Below, piece by piece: positions 13,724-29,174 of a stretch of 64,000 bases of DNA; position 1 is the first letter of the stretch; each line of letters begins with the position of its first letter. Position numbers and translations under genes: made by a program. This DNA comes from Octopus vulgaris (Eukaryota): NCBI GenBank assembly GCA_951406725.2, contig OX597822.1:13082001-13146000 (forward strand), in the 5' to 3' direction. The notes beneath the pieces are model-generated. The model saw only the letters and a list, made by a program, of their open reading frames with translations. It ran no database searches and was not told the DNA's origin.

Positions 13724-15012
13724 GAGGGGCGTTCAATAAGTAAAGCCCCTGACCCACTTCCCATAGCAGTAGAGCAACGAAACTTGGCACAGTTATTAGT
13801 CTTTTTTTACATAGGAACCACCCAGAGTTACGCATTTCTCCCATCGTTTGATGCAGCTCTGGAAACCGTTTTTGAAGAAGACCCCAGTTTGGTCCTCCAA
13901 TCACGACGTGACTTCAGAAATCAAGGCTGCATCATATGGGGAACGCTTTCCTTTCAAAAACAACTTCATGGCTGGGAAGAGGTGAAAATCAGAGGGTGCA
14001 AGGTCAGGAGAGTAGGAGGTGGGGGAGGAGTTCATAGCCGCATGCCTGTGCTTCTGATCTGGCGACACGCGAGTTGTGGACCGGAGCGTTGTCGTGCAGG
14101 AGGAGGATGCCTTTGCTGATCTTGCCCCGCCTCTTGATTTTGATAGCTTCTCTTAATTTCTTCAAAAGTGAAGCATTATAGGCTCCTGTAATTGTGGTAC
14201 CCTTTGCCAGGAAATCTGTCATCACTACTCCGTCCTGGTCCCAGAAGACTGTGAGCATGACCTTGCCAGCGGAGGGCTGCACCCTTGCCTACTTTGGAGG
14301 AGGTGAGTCTCGGTGCTTCCACTGCATTGACTGGGCTTTGGTCTCTGGATCATAGTGATGGACCCAGGTTTCATCCTGTGTAATCAGTCTTCTGTAAAAA
14401 GTTTGCCTCATCTTCTTGGCACATCTCCAAATTCATCCTCGAGCACTCGACGCGTTCTTGCTTCTGGAAAGGTGTGAGCAACCTGGGAATCCATCTGGCA
14501 GACACCTTTTTCATATGCAAATGGTCATGAATGATAGTTTCCACAGACCCGGTACTAATCTTGACCTCATGGGCTATTTGGCGAATAGTTATGCGTCGAT
14601 CTTCCAAAAAGGCAGCCTCAACTTGACGGACAGATGCCTCATCAATGGCAGAATGGGGCGACCAGATCTGGGAGCTGTTTTCACAGAGTTCCGACCATGT
14701 TTAAATTCACGATTCCAGCGTTTTACAAGGTCATATGATGGGGCATCATCACCATAAGTTACTTTCATTTCATCAAAAGTCTCCCGTGGTGTGCGTCCTT
14801 TCAAATACAAAAACCGGATCACTGCTCGACACTCAACTGGCTCCATTTCACACTTGACTCTGTTGAAACACCTGTAAATCAAAAACCACAATTAGTTCAG
14901 AGCTGTAATTTGCCACTTAATCTATAGAGATATACATAATTGCACATGCAATTTTCAGCTAGATCAAACAACTGCAAGTGGGTCAGAAGCATTACTTATT
15001 GAACGTCCCTCG
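13723..15012 (-). mobile_element. Near full-length mariner transposon (about 1.29 kb), irritans-like
   Basis: TIRs cgaggggcgttcaataagtaa... and ...ttacttattgaacgtccctcg, flanked by TA inside (TA)n. Confidence 0.92.
13796..14846 (-). pseudogene. Mariner transposase, frameshifted
   Basis: MEPVECRAVIRFL, WIPRLL, DETW, SAGKVMLTVFWD, HDNAPVH, DLAPSDF motifs spread over three frames, with an internal stop. Confidence 0.9.
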
Positions 15013-15029
15013 TATATATATATATATGC

Positions 15030-15089
<60 letters not shown>

Positions 15090-15499
15090 AATCCAAACGG
15101 GAAAACAGAAAAAACAACAACACGTGGAACAATTACAGTATTATTATTAATAGGCGCTCAGGAAAGATGGAAGCAGATATATATATATATATATTTATAC
15201 ATATGCATGTATATATAAATATATACAAACATATATATATATAAATTCAGTTGTCACTAATAATGACTGAGAGTGCATGGTAGCACCTAAGTTACTAGAA
15301 AAAAAACAACTTTCACCCTTATAGCCGTAAACATCACATTGTTTATGTACTGAAAGGGGAGGTAACTGCCCATAGCTACCGACGTCATTATAGTAGCACT
15401 TTGATTTCTCTTGGAATTAAAGCACATCAGTAGTGATTATCCTATCGCTTATTAGTAAGTCAAATCCTACCTGCCAGTACACGATATTTAACATATGAA

Positions 15500-15958
15500 A
15501 AGCGCCGAGTCGGCAGAAACTTTAGCACGCTGGAATGCTTAGCGGTACTTCGTCTGTCTTAAAGGCGGCGAGCTGGCACAAACATTTGCACGCCGGGCGA
15601 AATGCGTAGCCGTATTTCGTCTGCCGTTACGTTCTGAGTTCAAATTCCGCCGAGGTCGACTTTGCCTTTCATCCTTTCAGGATCGATAAATTAAGTACCA
15701 GTTACGCTCTGGGGTCGATGTAATCGGCTTAATCCGTTTGTCTGTCCTTGTTTGTCCTCTCTATGTTTAGCCCCTTGTGGGTAGTAAAGAAATAGGTATT
15801 TTGTCAGTCTTTGTGTTCTGAGTTCAAATTCCGTCGAGGTCGACTTTGCTTTTTATCCTTTCTGCGTCGATAAATTTAGTCCCAGTTGCGTAATGGGATC
15901 AATCTACTCGACTGGCCCCCTCCCCCAAAATTTCATGCCTTGTGCCTAGAGTAGAAAA
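15500..15958 (+). mobile_element. SINE family B composite (copy at 15562-15795 nested in a second copy)
   Basis: Two gagttcaaattccg...gaggtcgactttgc cores; duplicated ggtacttcgtctgtctt / ggtattttgtcagtctt flanks the inner copy. Confidence 0.75.
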
Positions 15959-16250
15959 AATATTTAACATATGAATCAATGGATGATTCAGCAAAATAGT
16001 AATATGAAAATTCGGGTTAGGGTAAGGTGGCTAAACGCAATATAAACCGAAAAAGCGAGAGTTTAATTTTCACTAATAGTGACTCAGTGTGCTAGAAACA
16101 AGTGTGAAAGACCCTTATATCTACAAAAAGGAATGCTTCTGGCAATAGCGCTGACACCCTGCAGCTTCAGTCACTCTCAGTGACAATTAAATTTTCCATC
16201 TTTGGTTTCATATTGCGTCTAGCCACCTTCGTTATTATGTGTGTATGAGT

Positions 16251-16308
<58 letters not shown>

Positions 16309-16872
16309 ATGTTGGTGATAATGGTAGTAGAAAGAGAACAGCTAATCGATGGTGGTGTTTTTTGGTGTTATATAAACATATTTACCAATATTTATACACA
16401 CATGTATGCCTGCACAGTTTTATTTGTACATATATAATTATACACACGCTTATATATACATTGATATGTATGTATTTATTGCTTATTCACACAAATATAC
16501 ACACACAAACACACACACATGCGTATATGCACGTGCAAACACATGTGTATGCATGTATGAAACTACAAATAACTTCACATTTATGCTTGGGCATGCTTTG
16601 ATGTACTTCTCCAGCGTGTATAAGAGGGTGTTTGCGCGTTTGTATATAAGTCTATACTTTATTCAATACATACGTACCAAAATAAGACCTGTAAATTCTT
16701 CTTTGATCTCGGCACTGGCAACACAAATTCTTCAAAAACAAGTCTCATTATTTACATCATTCTTGACGACCACCTCAAAGCTGACACACACGTACGCTCG
16801 TACACACACGTACACACATTGACACATATACAAACTTGTGTGCATAGACACATACACATGATTACATAAATG

Positions 16873-16904
<32 letters not shown>

Positions 16905-17251
16905 AAAAGTATTCATAAATCTTTTGTATACACACATATGTATATATATAACAGCTGATGCAAAATGGTTCATTCACTACAGCTGTTTCAAACAAGTTTT
17001 TTTTTATTGAAACATTCCAAGAATCCAAATTATGTACCAATTCATGATTCCTGGCTAGCTTCAGCCAAGGAATTCGTAGTTTACTATTTAAGTAACTGAT
17101 TCACTTGAATCTTGAATTCCTATATATATGCAGACACACACAAATATATTTGTGTGTAGATATACATACATATATTTGTATGCACATATAGATAGATATA
17201 TATACGTATACACATAAATAGATACATATGTAGATAGGAATAGATAGATAT

Positions 17252-17287
<36 letters not shown>

Positions 17288-17599
17288 TCAAATAAATACA
17301 TACATACACATGCATGCACGCAATTATAAGTACATATATAAATATTTGTGTATGCGTTCAACCATATATATATACACTTACATAAATATATACAAACATA
17401 AACATGCACACACTCATAAAGACCCATGCACGTACACACACACACATACACACACATACGCACAGGTTGTAGTTTAGTTTTAGTCGCAGCGTTTGTACGC
17501 GTTTGTATTTTTAAAGATAAAAGTGAGTATTTCATATAAGCCACTCTTATCCGACGCTGGTAAACTTGGATTTCTTCCTAAGAGTCATTGATTACCCTG

Positions 17600-18000
17600 C
17601 TTTTCTAGTCTAGGCACAAGGCTCAAAATTTTGGTGGGAGAAGGCCAATTGATTAGATCGACCCCAGTACACAACTTGTACTTAATTTGTCGACCCCGAA
17701 ATGATGAAAGGCAAAGTCGACCTCGGCGGAATTTGAACTCAGAACGTAAAGACTGACGAAATACTTATTTCTTTATTACCCACAAGGGGCTAAACACAGT
17801 AGGGACAAACAAGGACAGACACACGTATTAAGTCGATTACATCGACCCCAGTGCGTAACTGGTACTTAATTTACCGGCCCCCGAAAGGATTAAAGGCAAA
17901 GTCGACCTCGGCGGAAATTGAACTCAGAACGTAACGGCAGACGAAATACGGCTACGCATTTCGCCCGGCGTGCTAACGATTCTGCCAGCGCGCCGCCCTT
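17600..18000 (-). mobile_element. SINE family B composite
   Basis: Reverse complement of about 15562-15958, with the same junction. Confidence 0.75.
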
Positions 18001-18590
18001 AAACACACTAATATTAACGAGCATCCTAATCATAGTAGTGTTCCATCAAAACAATCGTGGGGGTGATGGGAGGAGGAGGAGGAGGAGGAGGAGGAGCGGC
18101 AAGGACGAGAAGTATTTTATGAATGCATTTTTTAAATTTTCTTAAATCTGACAAGAATGGTAAGTCGGGAAATGGATAGAAATAAAAAATGTGGACAGAA
18201 AAAAAACCTTTGGAATGTATGGAAAACATGTGACTGAATCATAAATAATCTGGCAGTGACACGTCAGGCCCTCCTCCACCTCTTACAGAAACGAATCACA
18301 GTATCAAACACACACGTACACACGTACATGCATAAATTCATACACACCCGGATATACATAAATTCACATTATTCTAAAAATATTTAGTACATATATTTCA
18401 CGTGATTTCCTATATTCCTATATTCATATATATATGTATGTATATGTATATGTATATATATATCTATGTGTGTGTGTATGTATGTAATCACACACATATA
18501 CACACGTATGTATGTTTATGTTTGTACATACATATATATATATATACATATATATCTATGTAAATTGTAAATTAGTATGAATGTGTTTAA

Positions 18591-18623
<33 letters not shown>

Positions 18624-18870
18624 GAATGTAGACTGGTATAAAATATAATTAGTATGTGTATTTAAATAAATACAACCACGTAGAATTGCATATATAATTC
18701 ATGAATATATATTTGGAAATACGTTCAAAATATACGTATGTATATTTTCACCTTTTTCTTTATATGTATAATATCTTCGGATTTGTATTATTTTAATCAA
18801 TACATAGTGAATAGCACTCGAAAGATGAAAATCGTTCAGACACTCACTGTACTGACACACAAATACATAC

Positions 18871-18949
<79 letters not shown>

Positions 18950-19229
18950 TATATATGTACAAACATACATGCACATATATATATATATAATAGAAATATT
19001 AAAATTACTAAGTCTCTCTAAAAGAGATTACGGCAACGTTACTGGAAATTAATTGTTATCGCCATATTAATATGGCAGTCTTATAGATATAAGACTAAAA
19101 GCTTCGCTGATTAGCTCCATGAGGCCATCGCCTTAAGATAGCTATTTGACACACAAACTGTGTCCATTATAACCTTCGAACAAGGGAGGTCAGCCGCTTC
19201 ACACTGCTAGTCAGACAGCTACAGACGCG

Positions 19230-19281
<52 letters not shown>

Positions 19282-19299
19282 TATATATATATATTATAT

Positions 19300-20115
<816 letters not shown>

Positions 20116-20117
20116 TA

Positions 20118-20290
20118 CAGGGGCTGGACAAAATAATGGAAACACCTTAACATTTCAAACAAATTTAATTTAAGATAGGATAGGAGCGGCTTTGGCAGTA
20201 ATAACAGCTTGAATTCTATGAGGTATGGACTCGTACAAAGTTTGAATTGCTTCCAAAAGAAATTTCGTCCATTCTTCAGCTAAAACAATC
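20118..20290 (-). mobile_element. Tc1-like transposon right end
   Basis: TA|caggggctggacaaaataatggaaacacc terminus; minus strand reads LAEEWTK...IQTLYESIPHRIQAVITAK, like a Tc1 C-terminus. Confidence 0.7.
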
Positions 20291-21501
20291 CCCAGAGGCC
20301 ACTGTGCTAGTAAGTCCACGTTTGACATCAAACACATCACTCGCTTCCCTTTCCAGACATATTACTTCTCTGTCCAGCTTCCTGTTAGTCATTTAAAAAT
20401 TCCAATAACTTCTTTCTCTCGGCTGCTGATCTCTGGAACTCGCTTCTATCGTCTTCTTTTCCACTGTTGATATTTTTGTAGAGTAATCTTATCTTCCCAG
20501 ACGCATCATTTCACTATTGAGCTTCCTGGTTGTCCTAAGTTCTTTCATTCTAAAAGCTGCTTACCTGGAACTGCTGCTCCCCGTTACTCACCAAAATCCT
20601 GTTGCTTTCCTCTGGTCGTTGTTAATCAGTCCTTCAACGTTTTTGTCAAACGACGACATCTTTTGAAGTTTTAAGCCGCCTTCTTTTCCGTTTTTGTAGT
20701 TCCTTACGTTAAATTGGCCTCAAGTCTTCTTTGGGACAAAACTGTATGAAAACTAAATCCTTCACAAATGCTTCTGTTGTTCATCCTTACAATGATCAGG
20801 AACCAAACCTACCGAAAATTCTTCAACATCTCAAAGAATTAACCCTTCTCTTCGGGGTAAAATTTTTAATCTCTCAACGATTGATGAGGCTCATAAGAGG
20901 GCGTTAACCCCTTTATCTTTGATACTGCTGCATATATGGATATCGAAGACTACATCCAAAGAAAGATCAGCTGTTTTTTTGTTTTTTTTTCTTTGTGCTA
21001 ACTTTATCGTCCGACTTTTGAATAACAATTATATCTCCTCTTTCTCCCTTTCTCTCTCTCCCTCCTCGTATCAAACACACACATTCTCCCTCTAATTCTC
21101 CCCCACTCGCTTTCTATCCTCTCTCTATCTCTCCTCTTCTTCTCTCTTCACTTTCTCTCCCACTCTCATCCTATAAAAGCATCTCCTCCTCAGAGATTGC
21201 TCCCGTCCCTCCCACATTTACAGTGGCTCTTCAGACACACTTGTCTCTCCTCGTATCATACACACTGGGTTCTCTTACACCCCCTCAAGACATACCCCCA
21301 GAACTCAACTCTAACCCGTGACATCTATCTTTCTCTCTTATAATGTCGTCTCTCTTGAATTCCTTCCCGTTTAATCGATTTCTTCTGACCCACGACTTGG
21401 AACAGTTAACCAAGAACTAGAAGCGATGTGACAGGTTTGCATCAGCTACATGCACTGTCCTTTCTGTCAAATACAACTTGAAAAAACATACATGCATACA
21501 T

Positions 21502-21576
<75 letters not shown>

Positions 21577-21867
21577 CTGAGTATTTTGTATGTATGCACG
21601 AATGTATGAGGAATAAACGAACTTTAGATAAGTTAAACTATGTTCGTGACATAATTAAACTTCTAGAGGCAAATTTACTGCAGTGACTGTGGAAGAAAAT
21701 TCTCTCTAATGATAAAAGTTTTAAAAATACGATATTTTCCCAGTGCTTCCCTCAAGAGAAATGGTCCTGGGCAGAAATGGTGTTTTTACACCTCTTAACA
21801 TAACAGGGATTTATTTTGTTTTTTTTTTGTTGTTTTTTTGGCACGGAAATTTGATTTACAAGTTAAA

Positions 21868-21898
<31 letters not shown>

Positions 21899-22059
21899 TG
21901 TATGTGTGTGTGTGTGTGTGTATATGTATTATATTATATTATATTATATAGTTGAGGTGTGTTCTTTTAAGAACGTATTAGAGTACAAATAGAGCTGTCT
22001 AACTTACTTTTCCTTTTAACTGTATTACTTTTTACTTTTTATATATTATACATATACGT

Positions 22060-22133
<74 letters not shown>

Positions 22134-22236
22134 TGTGTGTATGTGTGTGTGTGTATATATAATCAACGTTGAATTAAATAAATATAATACGCTTATTCAT
22201 AGATAGAAAGATAAATAGATAGACATACGCACATAC

Positions 22237-22271
<35 letters not shown>

Positions 22272-22362
22272 TGTATGTATGTATGTATGTATGTATGTAT
22301 GCATGTAAGCATATAAGTATGTATATCAACATTGATATTATGTAAAAGTAACACACTTGTTC

Positions 22363-22412
<50 letters not shown>

Positions 22413-22432
22413 ACAGAGAGACAGAGAGAGAC

Positions 22433-22489
<57 letters not shown>

Positions 22490-23505
22490 TGCATAATTGT
22501 ATTTTTCTCTAATTCATTGTATAGGAAATAATATGATAATATTTGTTTTCAACTTTATTTTCTTGTAATAATTTTAAAACTGATAGGAACGGGAATAAAC
22601 ACGACGGAATTAATAAAATGTCTGCGACAAAATCACTTTAGAAAACAAAAGGAATTAAAAATACTAAGATATATATTTGCTTTGTACAAATATTTGCACA
22701 GAATAATATGAAGCTTCTATGCTATCGGCGCTTATCGATGGAAATATAAATAATAAAAATGAAACTGTATTTAGCGTTCTTGATTAATTAATGCACTTGT
22801 TTAACCTTAAATTTCAACCGTGGGTAGTATGGTGGTTGTAAATGAGTTCAATGTTTTCTTTTTCTTTTTTATTTTCTGTTTTTAGCGTCGCATAACCAAG
22901 CACCGAGGCTATGGATTTGATTGGGGTAACTATTATTGAAATTAACAGATGTTAATTTCGTCATAATCTTCACTGAAATTAAATGTTTCGTAGACGAAAA
23001 TAGTTATTTGCCGAAGTATCGAGGGAGACATGCCAGAGAGATTCGAAGGAAATGTGGAGGCGTATGCAGTGCATGAATGGGTGGTTGAAAAGCTCGTTGA
23101 GCAATCACCTGGTTTCAGGTTCCACCCCACTGTGTAACGTCTGGTGAAATGTATTCTGCTATAAATCCAGGCGACGAATGTCATGAGTACGGATTTCGTA
23201 CACGGAAACTGTTTTTAAATGTCTTGCTTCGAGAGTTGCATTCGGTACGATGTGTTTATCTATTTTAGTATTTTTGACTTTAAGAGTCCCTCCTAGCGTG
23301 TGGCATTTATGTATAGTAATGCCCTCTATTTAATATATATATATATATATTACACGCGGGTGGGAAGGGGCTGGTGACACAAACTTTCATTCACACTTTG
23401 AATTTGGTGGTACTGGTAACGGCTTTAGCTCGTTCTGATACTGAGTTGAGATGATGCCTTCTAGTATCTCGAAATTTAATATACAATTATTCATAATTGT
23501 AGTGT

Positions 23506-23596
23506 CCTACGCTGATGAGAAAAGAAATTGGGTAAGATATAATTATCCAATTCTTATGTTTTCCTAAAACTTAATTTCGAAACGTACGTCCGTAGG
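23506..23596 (+). ncRNA. Intact minimal type-I hammerhead ribozyme motif
   Basis: cctacg CTGATGA gaaa...tttc GAAA cgtacg TC cgtagg: 6-bp stem I, G-C base of stem II, palindromic stem III, GUC site (predicted cut after 23590). Confidence 0.88.
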
Positions 23597-23785
23597 TGAC
23601 TTAAAATTGTATGATAGATTGCCGTCATTTCATTCTCTCTTACCTGTCTGTGTTTGCCTTTCAAGTGGTGTGTTTTTACTGAGATCTCCCTTTTAGTAGA
23701 AAGACTAGCTATAACTCTTTGACTGCTATTTCTAAATTCGGTGTGTGGTGAGGCAATTCGTTGCTAAACCCTTAATTGCTTAGTA

Positions 23786-23819
<34 letters not shown>

Positions 23820-23820
<1 letters not shown>

Positions 23821-24380
23821 CCCCCAGCTATGGTCATCAAGCAGTGTAAAATTAATTGCAGAACTTGAGGCAATCCAACGAAGCTACATGAAGATAGCCT
23901 CTATGCAATATACAAGCTACAGGGAAAGACTCAAGAGATTGAGACTCTATTCCCCAGAGGGCGAAAAATATGCCATAATATACATTTGGAAAATCCTGGA
24001 GGAAGTTGTCCCAAACGTTGGCATTAAGAGTTATACTACCGCTAGAACAGGTCGCCACTACATAGTGCCAAAGATTCCAACTTCGCCATCAAAATATAGG
24101 ACAAGATATTGCAACAGCCTGAGTTTTAAAGGACCACAGCTCTTCAATATCCTCCCGAAGGACCTGAGAGACCTGCTTGGGGTGGATGTAGATGCCTTCA
24201 AAACGAAACTGAATCTCTTGCTGTCAAGAGTCCCAAATGAACCAACTTTACACTAGGAAATGCAAATGAGGGCAGCAGCGTAAACCTCACTTATGCACCG
24301 AATGTTAAGTTCTAACATGAATTAATGAAGTAAAAGTTACGTAGCAATACCAAATGGCGGTGACCCAGCATGGCCTCGAC
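23820..24380 (+). mobile_element. CR1/L2-group LINE 3' fragment, diverged subfamily of 1-982
   Basis: ORF 23888-24256 homologous to 86-892; same 3' tail caaatggcggtgacccagcatggcc. Confidence 0.88.
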
Positions 24381-24636
24381 TCATCCATGCAATAAGATAC
24401 GTTAATACATTCAATATACTATCATATAGGTTGCCCGTTAGCAATTAAGACCTAAGTTGATAAACACGGGTACCAATTAGTACCTGCATTGCAAGAAATA
24501 AGAGTAAAAAACAACCCGAACAGCCACAGAGGGTATAAGGTTAGTCGTTTTTGACTTTTATTTCTAGGAATGCCGGTCCTAATTTGGACCCTTCTTTTTA
24601 TATTTATAGAGAGAGATACACACACACACACATACA

Positions 24637-24755
<119 letters not shown>

Positions 24756-24756
24756 G

Positions 24757-24787
<31 letters not shown>

Positions 24788-25221
24788 GTACGTGTGTGTG
24801 TGTGTGTGTGTGTGTGTAAGTGTGAGCTCATATATATATATGTGAATATGCATATGTGCATGTCTATGTGTGTATACAGCATTTCGCATCGAGGCATTTA
24901 ATCCGAGTACAAAATACAAGGTCAGCGGCATAATGTTTATATCTGTACATGATGAGAAGAAGACTAGAATCTACCCAACCGCACCCAAGGCTTTGATCTC
25001 CCCTTCTATCGCCTCTTAACCAAAATATATGTCCCAGTTTTTTTTTAGATAGTAAGGACAAGTTATTACTGAGCTACCAAGCGCGTGTATATATGCGTGT
25101 GTGTGTGGCGGGTGTATATGTAAGTGTTTATAATACAAGGAGAGAAAAAGCCAATAGCATGAATCTCTTCAGCTCTCCTTTTATATACACGCACACACAC
25201 ATGTATGTGTATAACTAAATA

Positions 25222-25259
<38 letters not shown>

Positions 25260-25366
25260 TTTATATAAATACATATACGTATACATATATACATATATAC
25301 ATATACGTAAATATATATATATATATATACATATGCATATATATAGGAATTTATACACATATGTAC

Positions 25367-25435
<69 letters not shown>

Positions 25436-25935
25436 GCATGCATGCTTTTGTGTATGTATATGCTTGTATTATTATTGATACTTCGATATGCTCTTACAAG
25501 TTGTGTTTATTCCACATATATGTTCCCTCTGTATAATAACCTGAACATGGAACGCTGTAACGTACACAAAACTTATTAACCTTAATAATAATAGGGAGCT
25601 GAGTTTCCTTTTGTGTTCAATGGACTTGCCACTTGTCCACTTGACGATATGAAAGAGACCTGCTTATTCAAGCACATGCTCTAAACATCCCTTTGATGCG
25701 AAACTCGCTTTGGTTATTTTCCACACCAAATAAACCGACAAAAATCATTTGAAAACTGGGAGCCATTTCCTACAAATCAATCCATTGATATGTTAACATG
25801 TACATGTGTGCGTGTGTGTTTGTATGTATCTCCCTTTCCCACTCTATCTCTCTTTCACACGCATACACACAAGCACACGTACACACATACACACTGTACG
25901 AGTATTTCACATTCATTTATAGTATGTGCGTGTAT

Positions 25936-26007
<72 letters not shown>

Positions 26008-26008
26008 C

Positions 26009-26044
<36 letters not shown>

Positions 26045-26053
26045 TAGACAGAC

Positions 26054-26124
<71 letters not shown>

Positions 26125-26299
26125 AAATAGAACTGCAACGTAAATGATGTACTCAATACCAAGATGAAAGTAGAATATAACATTTTTATTGTGATAAAAA
26201 AATGGAGATTACTGATCAAATCTGTGTTCTGTGACTTGTCACATTAATCCTAAATGAAATGTAAGTATATATCGCAAAACACAGTGATAACTAGAATTT

Positions 26300-28060
26300 A
26301 TCTCTCCTACTTGGGTTTAGATTATTGTCCAGTTTTCATTACAATAGAACAGAACTGCTTCAATGCAGCGTTCTTCCACTAAATGAATATTTCAACATCG
26401 GCAAAAGCTTTCATGCTACACCCCATGTTTATTGGCGTCATTGCCTCTGAGAATTGCTACTGTCCTATATGTTTCATTGGAAGCAACAAAAATCTGAAAA
26501 AATAGAAAATTGAGTGAGCTCCTTTGATGATATATATATGATCGTTAGATGTGGTGTTGGCAGAACAACAAGCATTAAATTATTTTTTAATTCATTTATT
26601 GTTTAGACCTAAATTTCTGAATATACTAATAAAACCTGTCAGCTATCTCTGAGTTGCCAATCTTTGCATCAGCCTCAAAGGTAACTCCAGTAATTTTATA
26701 CAGAAACATTCACCGAATAGCTTTCACCTGTGTGTATCTTTCTTTTTCTGCACAGATATATGATTACAGGTGAAATAAAAAAAAAATCAGAAGTGTTTTG
26801 CTCCCACACAGAAACTGCAGGAGATACTTAGAGGTTTTGCAAGCTCATCTGAATCCATTGCAATGCTGGAAAACCCTTCCGTATCGACAGCAAGTATCTT
26901 AGGGTAACAGGGTTTTAGCCCTTTGCCCGTACGTTTCACCCGAGTAAGATGATGAAGACTGAACTAATCTTCATAAACAGAAGGATTCCAGTAGCAGTAT
27001 CTTATCATACATAGCAACCTGGAACTAGTTTCAGCTGTAGTACCTCTTTCCAGTTGTCTGTGTTCTTGACTTATCATCTGCAGGATTTAGCGCACTGATC
27101 TCGATGGGAGTTATAAAGAGGTGGAGTGCAGAAGTGTTTTTTTGAAGCACATCGAAAGAGCTCTCAGATTCTGATCGCAGGGGTAGAAACACGAATGCTT
27201 TTATTATTGCACTTCGATGCTACAAAGTTAATAAATTGATTTAGAAACACACAAAATTAGGACAACTTGTATCGCTTCCCTGTTTACACAATCAAGTGTG
27301 TTATCAAAGTTCACACACATGACTATAATATTGCACTTTCTGGTGTCAGAGATCGATAGTAGTTTTCAATGACATTATTTGTTCAGTTTGGCCTGAAGCC
27401 AGACCCAAACTCAGAATTAATTACGCTGTTCGTGATTTAAGTTTTATGAGTAGCACTCGATTAAATAGATCTGCTCTGGTGCACATCAGCGATAAACCTC
27501 TTTGATTTTCTGGAAGAGTGCAGTTTCCTTTTTCTGGAATTGATAATATTATAGACTTTCATTCATTTTTCTGGTGGATCATATTTCAAATGATTATGGA
27601 ATTCATAATTCAAAATCGGTAAAAGAAACTTGGCACAAGATAGAACTGGAAGCACATTTGATGGAATTTATCTTGTTCAGCAGCTTTTCCACAAACAATT
27701 TTCATTGTTCCTCTTCAAAAACCTTCTTTTATCATTTAGTTCAGCAGGAATTTAAGATCGCTAATCGATTCGAAGTTACTGGTAGTTACTGGAACATTTC
27801 ATAAAATGCAATATAAAGAAATGTCATTGTAATGCGATCCTCATGGAGTCTATCATCCAAATGGCTGTAGTTATTCTTTCTATTTTTGCTTGTCACTACT
27901 CTTCTAAATCGCCAGAATTCTTCCAGCTTCGTTGTGCTGGATTATTTCGCTGGTATATATTTACAATATTTATTCGCTTCATGATATTCATGCACTGATC
28001 ATCAAGTGACATATGAATGCTTTGAGCTGTTGAGGAGAGATTATTCATGAAGATACAAGC
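26300..28060 (-). pseudogene. Old, degenerate RTE-type LINE reverse-transcriptase relic
   Basis: Minus-strand fragments in correct RT order: KGNCTLPENQRGLSLMCT..LFNRVLL, GFRP..TEQIMSLK, CVNFDNTLDCVNREA (cf. FVDFxKAFDSVxR), VLQKNTSALHLFI (cf. VLQGDTLAPYLFI), MYDKILLL (cf. YADD). Boundaries approximate. Confidence 0.65.
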
Positions 28061-28222
28061 ATTCAAGCATATAGAGACAGCACACACTCACGGACACACA
28101 ATGTACACTCACACATACAAAGCTGCATACATATATATAAATCCATAGATAGATAGATATAGATATATATATAGAGAGAGGGAGAGATATATAGATAGAT
28201 GGATGGATGGAGAGAGCAACAA

Positions 28223-28321
<99 letters not shown>

Positions 28322-28382
28322 CTTAGATTGATAGAAAATGAGATAGAGAGAGAAACTCGCAAACACACAAACACACACGCAA

Positions 28383-28425
<43 letters not shown>

Positions 28426-28584
28426 GAAAGACAGACAGAAATCGATAGCTGTTTAGAAGCCTAGACATGTTAATCTGATTTCAACACAAGATGAATAACA
28501 CCTGAAAAGAAAGTGGGTGTTACGAGCTTATACTTTTGTCGATTATAGAAACGGGTAGAATTTTACAGAAAATAAACAACATAT

Positions 28585-28957
28585 CGTAAAGTATACTAGC
28601 CATCTCAATATGGCTAACCACTAAGGGTGGGTGTTACTGTAGCATTTAGCCCCAGGAGATCATCGTCTCCAGCTGGCTTTAGGCACACTTTCTGTGCCTT
28701 ATGGTACTTGCAAACAGGTCTCCTTTCATCGAAAACCGGTGATTGCCGTACGCCGAAGACAGGCAAAGTCCTAGAAACTGCAGTCAGTGCGTATCACTTA
28801 GGTTTACGAGAGAGGGATGACCTTCCTTTGCAAATACCATAAGGGCACAGAAAGTGTGCCTAAAGCCAGCTGGAGACGATGATCTCCTGGGGCTAAATGC
28901 TACAGTAACACCCACCCTTAGTGGTTAGCCATATTGAGATGGCTAGTATACTTTACG
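28585..28957. mobile_element. MITE-like fold-back element with about 135-bp arms
   Basis: cgtaaagtatactagccatctcaatatggctaacc... and its reverse complement ...ggttagccatattgagatggctagtatactttacg. Confidence 0.85.
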
Positions 28958-29121
28958 TTGTCGAGTAGTTACTGTTTATATTTCATTCAGAGATTTATCA
29001 AACAACATATCGAAAATATTAAATCTCCACAATAGCCCACTGTGTGTCACATCTAGTTACGTTGGGATCATTGACTTTGTCAGCCGTTGTTGAAAAGAAA
29101 AATCTTTAATTAGAATATGTA

Positions 29122-29167
<46 letters not shown>

Positions 29168-29174
29168 AAAACGG

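Noticed and set aside
21200-21245. CTGAAGA on the minus strand as a hammerhead
   Set aside because: No matching GAAA, stem III or stem I partner.
20290-21440. Possible degraded Penelope RT or GIY-YIG coding region
   Set aside because: No motif could be read with confidence; needs a translated profile search.
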